64,000 nucleotides of DNA from an uncultured Candidatus Saccharibacteria bacterium. GTDB lineage: Bacteria; Patescibacteriota; Minisyncoccia; Phycocordibacterales; SW-6-46-9. Positions 17,702-27,810 of this stretch are shown piece after piece (position 1 is the stretch's first letter; every line of letters begins with the position of its first letter). The notes beneath the pieces are model-generated. The model searched no databases. It was not told the origin of the DNA and was given only the letters and a program-made list of their open reading frames with translations. A program made the position numbers and the translations under genes. The stretch is from NCBI GenBank assembly GCA_964534365.1, contig CAZHOI010000001.1, forward strand, positions 188,171 through 252,170, in the 5' to 3' direction.

Positions 17702-18573
17702 TTAAGTAGAAAGAAACTCTTCAACTATTTTTTTATCCTCTAGTATTTGTTCGAATTTTTTTTGATCTACAGTACTACCTTCAAACGCTAAACCTAAATT
17801 TTTGAAAGCCATTTTGAGGACGTGCCTTACCCCAGCTGGAGTAAGGTCAAATTCTTTAGCCAACATTGTAGTCGATTTTAATTTCTCAGGATCAAATGAT
17901 TGATACCTAGATCTTAATAAATTTGCAGTTCTCTCGGTTAAATCTCTATCCGACTTGTCGCTAAATTCAATTAGAAATTTATCTATAGACTCTAGCTTCA
18001 AAACTGCATCTACTTCGAGATAAATTTTTTGTTCGCTGGTAACACCATGGGTGTGTCTATAGAATTCATGAACGGTTCTGCCATTATTTTCATCTAATAT
18101 TTCATATAGACATTCAACCCACTACTAAAGTCTCGGGAAGGTATATTAACAGATTTATCATATTTTTGAATCGCTCGACTTATGGTTGCCTGAATCCACC
18201 CATACGCATAAGAATTGAGGGTATTGTCTCGTGATAGATCAAATTTTTCTATAGCTCGATTCAGTCCTATTATGCCAAAGGAGATTAAATCTGAAACAGT
18301 TAGGTTGGTAATGTCATTAATATAATTTAGAGCCACCTTATTTATAATTTTTAAATTATATTGAATTAATAAAGTCTTGGCTTCTTCATTTCCCCTTTTA
18401 TATTGGGTTATTAAAAATCCCTCTTCCTCTTTATCAAGGATTGGATGGTCTAAAGGATTATCTAAATTATCTACCGCCGCCTTTAATCGCCTGAACTTTT
18501 CATCGGATTTTTCCTGCTGATTACCGTTTTCTAGAACAGCCGCTTCGGGAGTAGTATCATCAAACGACCACAT
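17702..18573 (-). pseudogene. sigma-70 family RNA polymerase sigma factor, frameshifted near 18118-18120
   Basis: ORF 18094-18573 has regions 1.2/2 (LIQYNLK, DLISFGIIGLNRAIEKFD, YAYGWIQATISRA); the shifted frame continues through LYEILDENNGRTVHEF into ORF 17702-18001 with a region-4-like HTH. Confidence 0.75.
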
Positions 18574-18607
18574 TGTATTTATTGTACCAAATAAAGTTTT
18601 ATTTTTT

Positions 18608-18760
18608 GCGCGGTCGACCCTTCTTCGCCAAGGCTACGAACGGGCACAGCCGGAATCTCATATAAACATATTTTTTATCCCCAAACCCCTACTTTGAAAA
18701 CCCGAGGGGCAACGCTTTGCTGCTTTCCTACTTGGGGATAAAAAGTTCGAATCCAGTCTC
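18608..18760. repeat. degenerate duplicate of tRNA-Asp 3' end with embedded REP-like insertion and hairpin
   Basis: GCGCGGTCGACC (18608-18619) equals 18814-18825; inverted T-arm copy GTTCGAATCCAGTC at 18745-18758; stem TTTTTATCCCCAA/TTGGGGATAAAAA. Confidence 0.6.
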
Positions 18761-18814
18761 TAATACAAATCAAACAAAAATACCGAGCGTAAAGCTCAGT
18801 ATTTTTATTCGAAG

Positions 18815-18889
18815 CGCGGTCGACCGGATTCGAACCGGCGATCTTCTGCGTGACAGGCAGACGTGTTAACCTAGCTACACCACGACCGC
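18815..18889 (-). tRNA. tRNA-Asp(GTC)
   Basis: GCGGTCGTGGTGTAGCTAGGTTAACACGTCTGCCTGTCACGCAGAAGATCGCCGGTTCGAATCCGGTCGACCGCG cloverleaf. Confidence 0.95.
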
Positions 18890-18941
18890 ATATTTACGTG
18901 GAACTAGATTGTATCTTAGCGAGAAACTAGTTTGCACGCAA

Positions 18942-18978
18942 CAAAAAAACTTCCTTATTTCACAGGAAGTTTTTTTTG
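18942..18978. terminator. intrinsic terminator (bidirectional form)
   Basis: AAAAAAAACTTCCT-loop-AGGAAGTTTTTTTT downstream of ORF 18985-19554. Confidence 0.75.
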
Positions 18979-18984
18979 ATTCGC

Positions 18985-19554
18985 CTAGGCTGGCAGTTCA
19001 ATATCAACCGATTCAACTAACAAATAAAACCTGGCAGTATTATCTAGTTCTAAATTATCACTTTCATAACTAGACAGGTCGCGCCTGGAATCATCCAAGG
19101 TTATTATTTCACCCGATAGCGACAGGGTTTGTCCAACGTTAATGTCAGTTTGTGATTCAGGTAGATCTAGTTCTTGTTCTAGTAAGGCCCGTAAATTAAT
19201 TGTCCCATCAGATACTACAAATCCGCGGTCACTATATAGGTCTACCACCTCGACATCTGATAAGTTGACACTAACCCCTTCGATATCTTCACTCGTTGCC
19301 AGACTAGTTAGCTGCGACAGACTGTAGACAGTATTGACCTCGTTGGCTCCGGTAGGATCCTCGCCATCGGCCAGCATAGAGGTTTCGGTTACAGTATCTA
19401 GATTAATATCCCGGCTAATATCTAAATCTTGATCAGCTAGGTCGTACCAACCTAGTAGTAGTCCGATTAGCAGTAATAACAGTAGCAATCCCAGTAACCA
19501 CCATGGCCAAGTTTTCTTTTGACCCACTAATCTTGTTTCGTTTTTATTTTCCAT
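18985..19554 (-). CDS. hypothetical membrane-anchored acidic protein
   Basis: KKTWPWWLLGLLLLLLL TM followed by an acidic beta-rich domain. Confidence 0.65.
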   Translation of the reverse strand: MENKNETRLVGQKKTWPWWLLGLLLLLLLIGLLLGWYDLADQDLDISRDINLDTVTETSMLADGEDPTGANEVNTVYSLSQLTSLATSEDIEGVSVNLSDVEVVDLYSDRGFVVSDGTINLRALLEQELDLPESQTDINVGQTLSLSGEIITLDDSRRDLSSYESDNLELDNTARFYLLVESVDIELPA

Positions 19555-19556
19555 AT

Positions 19557-20906
19557 TTATTTATCATTATCATTAGTTTCTAATTTTCGATCCTCATTAG
19601 ATAAATCTGGACCAGACGTATCAACAGAAGTAAGTAATAGTTCTAATACCCCCGCTGATCGAGCCTTGTCAATAGATTCTCGTGTGATGATCTGACCGGT
19701 ATCTAATAGCACATCGTCGTTTTTATCCAATACTACCCTATTTGTTGGACGTCCCAGCGCGCGTTGAATACGTTTTTCCTGAACTTTGTCTTCGGCTTGA
19801 TTAAACAATTGTGAAGCCTTGGACTTTAAAGTATTCCATGCTGATCCGGCTGCCTGTTTGGCATTGTCGCCAGATCGACTGATTTTTTGGTCCATAACTT
19901 TGCGAGAAGACAGATTTACGGCATTTAATAAATCGGCAGATTTATCGGCTTTCTTGGCCTTGGTTACAACGCTGTCGTCAACATATTGTCCTTGGGCAAC
20001 TACGATATAACCCTCATCACTGTAAACCGTATGATTAGCCCGACGCCCTTTAGCTTCGTCAACTGTTTTGGCTGCAGTTGCTTCAATTGCATCTTGGCGT
20101 TGCTGTTGATACTTTGCTTTGGCATCATCAGATAATTCAGCGTATTTTGTGCTGGCCTCGTCGTATTTAACTTTGGCTTCAGCTGATAATTCGCTGTATT
20201 TTTCTTTAGAAATTTCTCGATAATCTTCCAGCTTGTCTGAAGTCTCACTTTTTAATAATTCGGCTCGCACCTTGGCTTCATCATATTTTTTCTTGGCTTC
20301 GGTCGACATGGCATCATACTTTTCTTTGGAAACTTCTTTAAAATCTTCATATTTAGCATGAGCTTTTTCTAAATATGGGTCTACTGCGCCTTTAACACCG
20401 CCAGTTTGTTTGTGAATTACATCAGCAAATTCATTTGGCACAAAAGCAACATCTTCGCCTAGACGCAATGATTGGGGGGTTGGTAGATATGATTTGCCAG
20501 TATAAGCATCAGAGAATATACCGCCTGAAACCTCGTATCCTTCGATATGTCCATTCATCTCACTAAAATATACGTCACTGATCTTGCCCAGATCGCGTCC
20601 GTCTTCGGTTAGTAATTTGGTACCAACTACCACATTATCAGCTGCCAAACGATTATTGATAACCTCGACATCAGAGGCGGTTTTTACCAATTCTGGTGAT
20701 TCGATCACAATGGCATCGGGTCCAATTGTGCTAACCTCGGCAATGGCAACTACTTTCGAGCTAGCCAATAAACCACCCTCATCAAGTAACAATCCAAGCA
20801 CTCGCCCATCGACGCCCGAGAAAATAATGTCCTCGACTTTTCCTAGTTCTTTTCCTTCAGCAAAGTCTACTACTTTGCGTCCGACTAAATCTTTTCCTTT
20901 ATACAT
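19557..20906 (-). CDS. PRC-barrel domain protein with LEA-like helical repeats
   Basis: Two PRC barrels (GRKVVD..GKELGKVEDI; GTKLLTEDGRDLGKISDV), KEKY/AKxKYDEA repeats. Confidence 0.85.
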   Translation of the reverse strand: MYKGKDLVGRKVVDFAEGKELGKVEDIIFSGVDGRVLGLLLDEGGLLASSKVVAIAEVSTIGPDAIVIESPELVKTASDVEVINNRLAADNVVVGTKLLTEDGRDLGKISDVYFSEMNGHIEGYEVSGGIFSDAYTGKSYLPTPQSLRLGEDVAFVPNEFADVIHKQTGGVKGAVDPYLEKAHAKYEDFKEVSKEKYDAMSTEAKKKYDEAKVRAELLKSETSDKLEDYREISKEKYSELSAEAKVKYDEASTKYAELSDDAKAKYQQQRQDAIEATAAKTVDEAKGRRANHTVYSDEGYIVVAQGQYVDDSVVTKAKKADKSADLLNAVNLSSRKVMDQKISRSGDNAKQAAGSAWNTLKSKASQLFNQAEDKVQEKRIQRALGRPTNRVVLDKNDDVLLDTGQIITRESIDKARSAGVLELLLTSVDTSGPDLSNEDRKLETNDNDK

Positions 20907-21219
20907 CTTTAATTTTATTATGGTTAATAACTTTATTATAGCAAACTGTACTAAATGTACAACTACCTAATTACTTTTAGTTTTTAAGACAAAAGCTTGA
21001 CTGTATAGAACAATGCCAAATAAAACTAGAAATTAACAAAGGTGAAAACACATCAAACCCTGCTAACAAATTGTCATGAATTGATTAAGTATATAAAGTC
21101 TTCTAAATATGCCTGTCATGATATCGTTAATTTAACGTGGGCAACCTTACTAAAAGAATTTGCTTGGAAAATTGCTAAAAGTAGAAATTACTAACTTAAT
21201 TATATAGAATAATGATTAA

Positions 21220-21293
21220 CTCGAGGTAGCTCAGTTGGTTAGAGCGGGCGTCTCATACGCGCCAGGTCGTGAGTTCGAATCTCACCCTCGAGA
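21220..21293 (+). tRNA. tRNA-Met(CAT) elongator (Ile2 not excluded)
   Basis: Cloverleaf with CTCGAGG/CCTCGAG acceptor, loop CTCATAC, GTTCGAATC T-loop. Confidence 0.9.
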
Positions 21294-21300
21294 CTATTTA

Positions 21301-21361
21301 CGCTCAGAAATTTTTGAAAATTTATTCGCTATGGCATAGATTTTTAACAAAATCTATTAGC
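21301..21361. repeat. dispersed palindromic repeat, copy 1
   Basis: ATGGCATAGATTTTTAACAAAATCTATTAGC nearly identical to 57195-57226. Confidence 0.65.
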
Positions 21362-21428
21362 CTGCTAGACTGTTTTAATACCAATAAGCGAAATGCGTAG
21401 ATTGGGTAAATCCTCCCCTCGAGCAGGC

Positions 21429-21989
21429 TTAATTCAGATTGAGGCTCGTAACGTAAATTACTTCTGTTACTCCAACCAATGTTGTCCGTTCTTCACTAGT
21501 GATTTGAATTGTGCTGATTGACGCTATGTAGCCATCAAAAATAATAGTGTCACCGGCATCAATTTCAATTATATCTTCAGCCACTCCCAAATCTAGCACA
21601 TCTCCCAAATAAGCTATTTGACCTTGACTAGAACCTTCTAGGAAAATTTGAAAAAACCGATCGCTATAGACCGCTCCTACATATGCTGATTGATTTTCAA
21701 TATCATTTCTTCGATCAAAGTTTGTAGATCTGGCATTAATACCATCTATCACACTATCAGTAGTGGCTACCGTAACCCCGTCATCAATTAACACCTCGGG
21801 CGAATCATCAATGATAACCACGTCAGTGTCATCATTGGCCAGGCTCCATACCAATGCAAATAATAAAACTATTGCTAGTATGGTTATAAAAATCCAGGCG
21901 TATTTAGGATTTTCATCATGTAGAGCCGCGCGATTAACATGATGGTCTGTAACATCAACATTGCTTTCTGGGTTATTAAGATTTTTCAT
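21429..21989 (-). CDS. hypothetical membrane-anchored protein (similar to 18985-19554)
   Basis: TM followed by acidic domain; YSDRxF motif shared with 18985-19554. Confidence 0.6.
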   Translation of the reverse strand: MKNLNNPESNVDVTDHHVNRAALHDENPKYAWIFITILAIVLLFALVWSLANDDTDVVIIDDSPEVLIDDGVTVATTDSVIDGINARSTNFDRRNDIENQSAYVGAVYSDRFFQIFLEGSSQGQIAYLGDVLDLGVAEDIIEIDAGDTIIFDGYIASISTIQITSEERTTLVGVTEVIYVTSLNLN

Positions 21990-22032
21990 ACCTTAATTAT
22001 AGCACTGCTGATATATTCAAATATAACAATTA

Positions 22033-22665
22033 CTATAGCTTGACCACCTCACCCTCGCCGATTACCCAAACTGAATCTGGCTGAAATTTATTAAATCGCA
22101 ATGAACCGTTAAAAGAACCAAAGGCCGGTAAAATTAAGCCCTTGCCCATTTGCACAAAGGCCGGTAATTTGCCCTCGCCCGGTAGCTTGTACCCTGGGTG
22201 TTCATGTCCCGAAATAAAACAATCAGTTTTGGCATCATTGCGATCGTGCACAAATTCGGCCCCCAATATTTCTAAACATGGCATAATTTCCAAATTCATT
22301 TTGTTTAATTCCGTTCGGGCCCAGCGGTCATGATTACCTTCTACCAAAATAAAGTTTTGTGAATTATTTTCAAAAAAATCTGCCAGAAGTTCAAAATCTG
22401 AGGTCGCACGCGAGTGGATTAAGTCACCCACTATTACCACTGTTTTAACATCATGCTGATCCAATAACATCTGTAGTCGCGCGAGATCTTGCTGGCCAAT
22501 TTCTGGTGCATATTGTCCCAAACGGCGCCAATGACTGTCTTTACCAAAATGAACATCAGCAAGAATAAGTGTCTTTTCACCAGGATTATAGACGACACGA
22601 TCAGGCAGCAATACCAATTCCAAATTACCAATTTCGAGGTGAGGGTTCAGATGATGAGGTGACAT
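22033..22665 (-). CDS. pdeM: ligase-associated DNA damage response endonuclease (metallophosphoesterase)
   Basis: ADVHFGK, GDLIH, GNHD, GHEHP, LPAFG; operon context. Confidence 0.85.
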   Translation of the reverse strand: MSPHHLNPHLEIGNLELVLLPDRVVYNPGEKTLILADVHFGKDSHWRRLGQYAPEIGQQDLARLQMLLDQHDVKTVVIVGDLIHSRATSDFELLADFFENNSQNFILVEGNHDRWARTELNKMNLEIMPCLEILGAEFVHDRNDAKTDCFISGHEHPGYKLPGEGKLPAFVQMGKGLILPAFGSFNGSLRFNKFQPDSVWVIGEGEVVKL

Positions 22666-22720
22666 ATACTGAATTAGATTATAAGATTTTAAAAGCCAAA
22701 CCGCAGTTTTTACCACTGAC

Positions 22721-25129
22721 CTAATCAGTTTTTGTTTCTAGTTGTAGTTGGTATTTTTTAATTCGCTCTTTAAAAGACTCGCTGGTTAATCGAGCCTTTA
22801 ATCGCTCGGCGACAACTGGAAAAGCAAATGGTGTTAGGCGATTGGGATTAGTAATGATAGGATCCAGTCTACCTAACCGATCAAGTTCATTTTTTACTTG
22901 ATCAATTTGTAAATCGTATGTTAGCACTTCAATCCTCGCTTGCTGGATTAGAGGATGGTTTGGTTCGAACTGCACCAGTGCTTCATAAAGGGTGTCGCTG
23001 GAGCCCGCTAAATGCGAATATCGTTTGGCTTGCCAAGGAAAACCGGGAAATAATAGCCCCCCAATCCTGGCAATGGTAGCAAAACGACGCTTGGCCAGTT
23101 CCGAGAAATTTTGTGAATCTACCAAATCGGTCATCACATTCTGAATTGTTAATAATTCATTCAGTTCAGCGGGTAAGTTGACGAGTTCAGCTGACTTGGA
23201 TAGTAATTCGAAACCATAATCATTTGCAGTAAAAGAAATTGTATCAGTGCGATTTTTTAACCAACGATGGGCAATCAAAGTCGCAATTTGTTCGTTGATT
23301 ACCTGTCCGGCAAACGGATAGATAACTATATGATGACCTTCGCGAGTTTTAAAATGCTCGATTAAAAGCTGGTTTTGGTTTGGCACCCTAGATCGCTGAT
23401 TTTGAATATTTATTAAATAACCGGCCTTATCATTCTGATTAGATACCACCCTACGTAATTCATCTGCAAGATGATCAGCAATTGGTAGCCGCGAGCCAGT
23501 CCAACGGGGTATAAACCCATCACCGCTACGCGTGCGCTTAACCGTAATATCAGTATTATGCATTCTCTGCACTTGGTAGAATTTACCTCCTAATTGAAAT
23601 TTATCCCCCGGTTTTAATTTGGCCGCAAAAGCATCATCAATTGTTCCAATTCGTCGCCGGCGGTTAATAATTTGGTAAGGTTGACCACCCTCGATAGTGC
23701 CGATGTTGAATCGATGACGCATAGCATGTCGTTTCGAAGCAATCTCAAGTTTTGTACCTGATTGAACCACATGCTGAAACTGCTCGTAACGACCCAGGGT
23801 TTTACCACCTTGGGTTACAATTGCTAAAACTTGCTGCCAAAAACTTTTGTCTAGATCATGGTAATAATAGCAGTTCTGCAACTCTTTCTTTAGAACTGAT
23901 TTATCCACTGCACTGCCGCAGACTCGGGTCGAAACATATTGCGCGGCGACGTCTAGCGCATTCTCTGGCAGCTGTGCTACTGGATCCAGCCTACCTTTCT
24001 GCAGTAAATTTTTTATTGCCTGAATCTCGAGTATTTCAAGGGTAAAGGTTGGCACCACAAACACTTCTGGGGCAACACCAGGTCGATGGTTCGAACGTCC
24101 AGCCCGCTGACGAAGTCGAGTAATTGATTTAGGCGACGACACTTGAACCACTAACTCTACTGACTGAAAATCCAATCCCAAATCCAAACTAGCGGTTGCT
24201 ATTACCACTCGAGCCGTACCGTTTTTAAGCTTTTCTTCGACTGATCGGCGATGATCGATTTCTAGTGAGCCATGATGTATTAAAACATCTGCTGGAGTTA
24301 ATATTTGCTTCTTATCTAATTTAACTTTTTCTTGGAGCGCTTCAAACCAGAATTCTGCCCCCGCTCGGGTATTAACAAAAATTATACTGGATGTAGCCTG
24401 GCTGACTAATTTATAAACCCGAGGCACCATTTTTAACCCAATGTGCCCCCGCCACGAATACGCCGCAGGGGTGTCTGGTTGCAATAGCGTAATTTTTTCC
24501 TTGATCCGGGATTTTTTTGGTGGCTGAATTAATTTGTAATGAGTATCGGTGTTAAATAAAGCTTTTGCTGCTAGATCTGGGTCTGAAATTGTAGCTGATA
24601 TGCCACAAATATCTTTTAAATTAAAACTTGTTGTCAAGGCACTGATACCTAGCGAGGTCTGTACCCCACGTTTGTTAGCTAACAGACTATGCCATTCATC
24701 AACCACTACTGATTCAATCTGATTCAATAGTTTATAGGCGGTTTTCTGTGATAGTAATAAATGTAGCGATTCCGGTGTCGTTACTAATACCCGCGGCGGT
24801 TTTTGGAACATCAATTTTTTGTCCGAGGCACTGGTATCGCCGGTCCGATACATTACCTTGTCAGCTAGGTCGAGTGTTCCAATGATATTTTCCAACGATT
24901 TAGCAGTGTCAAATGCCAGCGCCTTGAGTGGTGTAATCCACAATAAAGTCGTATTGGTTTTGATTGCCTGTTCTAATAATGGCAAAAACGCCGCCAAAGT
25001 CTTGCCCTCGCCGGTAGGGGCAGCAATCAAATTATAGCGATTTTTTCCTAAAGCCTGGTAAGACCGACGCTGCAAAGCAGTTGGTTCCCAGCGTTTTCTA
25101 TCGAAAAAATTTTTAAAAAAATCCGGCAT
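22721..25129 (-). CDS. ligase-associated DEXH-box helicase (Lhr-core)
   Basis: APTGEGKT, TTPES, DEWH, SAT, HHGSL, QRAGRSNH. Confidence 0.92.
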   Translation of the reverse strand: MPDFFKNFFDRKRWEPTALQRRSYQALGKNRYNLIAAPTGEGKTLAAFLPLLEQAIKTNTTLLWITPLKALAFDTAKSLENIIGTLDLADKVMYRTGDTSASDKKLMFQKPPRVLVTTPESLHLLLSQKTAYKLLNQIESVVVDEWHSLLANKRGVQTSLGISALTTSFNLKDICGISATISDPDLAAKALFNTDTHYKLIQPPKKSRIKEKITLLQPDTPAAYSWRGHIGLKMVPRVYKLVSQATSSIIFVNTRAGAEFWFEALQEKVKLDKKQILTPADVLIHHGSLEIDHRRSVEEKLKNGTARVVIATASLDLGLDFQSVELVVQVSSPKSITRLRQRAGRSNHRPGVAPEVFVVPTFTLEILEIQAIKNLLQKGRLDPVAQLPENALDVAAQYVSTRVCGSAVDKSVLKKELQNCYYYHDLDKSFWQQVLAIVTQGGKTLGRYEQFQHVVQSGTKLEIASKRHAMRHRFNIGTIEGGQPYQIINRRRRIGTIDDAFAAKLKPGDKFQLGGKFYQVQRMHNTDITVKRTRSGDGFIPRWTGSRLPIADHLADELRRVVSNQNDKAGYLINIQNQRSRVPNQNQLLIEHFKTREGHHIVIYPFAGQVINEQIATLIAHRWLKNRTDTISFTANDYGFELLSKSAELVNLPAELNELLTIQNVMTDLVDSQNFSELAKRRFATIARIGGLLFPGFPWQAKRYSHLAGSSDTLYEALVQFEPNHPLIQQARIEVLTYDLQIDQVKNELDRLGRLDPIITNPNRLTPFAFPVVAERLKARLTSESFKERIKKYQLQLETKTD

Positions 25130-25131
25130 AA

Positions 25132-26775
25132 TTATTTTGATCGCAAAAGGCTATTTGCTGCTTCTAGCGTATCTGCCTCGGACACTGGTTTGTCCTGTCG
25201 CCAGCGCAAAATTCGCGGAAACCGAACCGCCAACCCAGATTTGTGCCTGGCTGAGGGGGCAATACCCTCGAAGGCAATTTCAAAAACTTGACCAACTTTT
25301 ACCGTTCGCACTGGACCGAAACGCTCGAAAGTATTTTTCTTGATCCAGTTATCGACTTTGGCAATTTCTTTATCAGTCAAGCCAGAATACGCCTTTGCCA
25401 GCGGTACTAATTGGGCTTGACCTGGTTGAGGAAAGCCATCAATCGTATCCGGAATCGGTCCCGTCGACGTGTCCCATACCCCTAAAGTGTAGTCAGTATA
25501 GAGGGTGGCACGACGACCACTGCCACGCTGGGCATACATCAACACCATATCAAGTGTATAAGGGTCGACTTTCCACTTCCACCACTTGCCTTTTTTGCGT
25601 CCCACAAAATATTCTGACCCGCGATGTTTAATCATAACTCCTTCAGCATCCATGTCGCGGGCGGTATCTTTGATCTTCGATAATTGATCCCAAGAATTAA
25701 AAGATATTTCCTGGGAAAGGATGAGATTATTATGATTGACAATAGAGACAGCTTCTTCCAATAATTTTCTGCGCTTAGTCAGACTTTGATTGCGAACGTC
25801 ATTGCTATCATATTCAAAAATATCATAGGCAATAATGCCCACTGGATTCTTCTTCATCATTGCGCCTGAAACATTTTTGCGGCCCAATCGATTTTGCAAT
25901 GAGTTAAACGGCTGGATTTTACCGTTCTCGATGACGATTAATTCACCATCAATGGCGGTTCCGTCAGGAAGACCCGTGGCAATTTCGGCAAGATCAGGAA
26001 ATTGATCGGTAATCAAATCCTCACCCCGGGACCAAATATGAACCTCGCCAGATCGTTTAATAATCTGAGATCTAATACCATCCCATTTCCACTCGGCTTG
26101 CCATTCATCCGGATGACCCAATTCAGCAAAATCACGATCCAGTTGATATGCCAATGCAAACGGATAAGGTCTGGCGGTATTAGCCTGATCGCTGAATAAA
26201 ATTTCTTCCAGTGATTCAAATTCAGCAGGCGTCCATTTACCACCTAATCTAAACTGGACCTCATCTTCGGGTAATTCGTACGTTTGAGCAATTGACCGAT
26301 ACACTAATTTTTTTGACGCCCCCACTCGAAAAGCTCCGGTTATTAGTTTGTTAAATACAAAACGCTCCAGCCTAGGTAGTGATGCCCATACTTTTAATAC
26401 ATAGGCCTTCTTTTCTACAACTGATTTGTTTTTTAGATCAATTAATTCAACCGCCCATTTGCCAAGTCGTCTGTTGCGGTATTTTTTATTGGGCTCCGGT
26501 AGTATCAGCGTAATCGTTTCGGCCAGATCTGCAATCTGATTATAGCTCTCGGCAAATAACCAGTCAGGCACCGCAGCTAACTCGGCCGACCATTCTTTTA
26601 ACAGAGTACGATTTACTGGTTGCGGTAGGCGCTCGCCTGATAAAAACCAAGCCGCCCATAATTTATCATGATCCGAGACCTTTTTATTTTGGAAATAATT
26701 GTTTAAAGCCACTACTTTTTTAAGCGTTTTTGTAGTTCGATCCAGATTCTCGAATAATTTTGCCAAGTCTCTCAT
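25132..26775 (-). CDS. ATP-dependent DNA ligase
   Basis: EWKWDGIR, DGE, EGVMIK, WKWK, VRFPR. Confidence 0.95.
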   Translation of the reverse strand: MRDLAKLFENLDRTTKTLKKVVALNNYFQNKKVSDHDKLWAAWFLSGERLPQPVNRTLLKEWSAELAAVPDWLFAESYNQIADLAETITLILPEPNKKYRNRRLGKWAVELIDLKNKSVVEKKAYVLKVWASLPRLERFVFNKLITGAFRVGASKKLVYRSIAQTYELPEDEVQFRLGGKWTPAEFESLEEILFSDQANTARPYPFALAYQLDRDFAELGHPDEWQAEWKWDGIRSQIIKRSGEVHIWSRGEDLITDQFPDLAEIATGLPDGTAIDGELIVIENGKIQPFNSLQNRLGRKNVSGAMMKKNPVGIIAYDIFEYDSNDVRNQSLTKRRKLLEEAVSIVNHNNLILSQEISFNSWDQLSKIKDTARDMDAEGVMIKHRGSEYFVGRKKGKWWKWKVDPYTLDMVLMYAQRGSGRRATLYTDYTLGVWDTSTGPIPDTIDGFPQPGQAQLVPLAKAYSGLTDKEIAKVDNWIKKNTFERFGPVRTVKVGQVFEIAFEGIAPSARHKSGLAVRFPRILRWRQDKPVSEADTLEAANSLLRSK

Positions 26776-26790
26776 AAACTATAATTCAAG

Positions 26791-27810
26791 TTAATCTTCG
26801 TCATCGCTACGGTGAAAATGCCCCCTAAATTCAGATGTTTCTAATCCCCACTCCTCGGTTAGAAATTTCGCCATCTGAGATGTATATCCATGATTGGTAA
26901 TAACCCGCTTGGCGCCAGTCTCTTTAACTGCTCGCAGAATTCCATCCCAATCAGCATGGTCAGACATCACAAACCCCCGATCAGCTCCTTTGCGGCGGCG
27001 GGTGCCCCTGGCCTGCATCCAACCTGACGCAAATCCCACTGAATAAGGGGCAAATTTTTTTACCCAAGAAGCACCAAAAGATGACGGCACGGCAATGATC
27101 ATCGCGTCTCGATATTCTGATTTGTCCACCTCACGAGAGGCTTTAGGAACATCTGGTAAATCAAATCCGGCAGCGCGTATTCTTTTATTAGACTCATAAA
27201 CAGCACCGTGACAAAACATCTTAACCCCGCGCTGGGCCAAACCGTAAATTAATCGCTGTGCCTTGCCTAACGCATAAGCACCCAATAGCGAACAAATGCC
27301 TTCTTTGACATTTTGTTGATACCAGTTGGCAATTTGATCCATCACATCGTCATTGGGTTGCCAACGATAGACCGGCAGTCCAAAAGTGGTTTCGGTAACA
27401 AATACATCGCAATCAACCGGTTCGAACGGATGGGACAAGCCGTCATCCTGGTATTTCCAGTCACCAGTATCAACCCACACCTGACCTTGATATTCAATTC
27501 TAATTTGCGCCGAACCAGGAACATGACCGGCCGGATGAAATGAAAATGAAACGCCATTAAAACCAAACTCTTGATAATATGGGACTTCGTGAAATTTTTG
27601 AGAGCTATCCTTTCTGGCAACCCGATACTCCAGGATGGGACGCGATTCTGGCGTCATCCAATATTGCTTCATCCCCCACCTGGCGTGATCGGCATGAGCG
27701 TGCGTAATTACCGCGCGATCAACCGGAGATTTAGGATCCAACCATACATCTGCTGGTGGGCAATATAATCCTTGCTTGGTTTGAATGATTAAGTCTGATT
27801 TGATAGCCAT
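26791..27810 (-). CDS. ligase-associated DNA damage response exonuclease (MBL/beta-CASP)
   Basis: ITHAHADH, AGHVPGS, TETTFGLP, SDHADW. Confidence 0.92.
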   Translation of the reverse strand: MAIKSDLIIQTKQGLYCPPADVWLDPKSPVDRAVITHAHADHARWGMKQYWMTPESRPILEYRVARKDSSQKFHEVPYYQEFGFNGVSFSFHPAGHVPGSAQIRIEYQGQVWVDTGDWKYQDDGLSHPFEPVDCDVFVTETTFGLPVYRWQPNDDVMDQIANWYQQNVKEGICSLLGAYALGKAQRLIYGLAQRGVKMFCHGAVYESNKRIRAAGFDLPDVPKASREVDKSEYRDAMIIAVPSSFGASWVKKFAPYSVGFASGWMQARGTRRRKGADRGFVMSDHADWDGILRAVKETGAKRVITNHGYTSQMAKFLTEEWGLETSEFRGHFHRSDDED

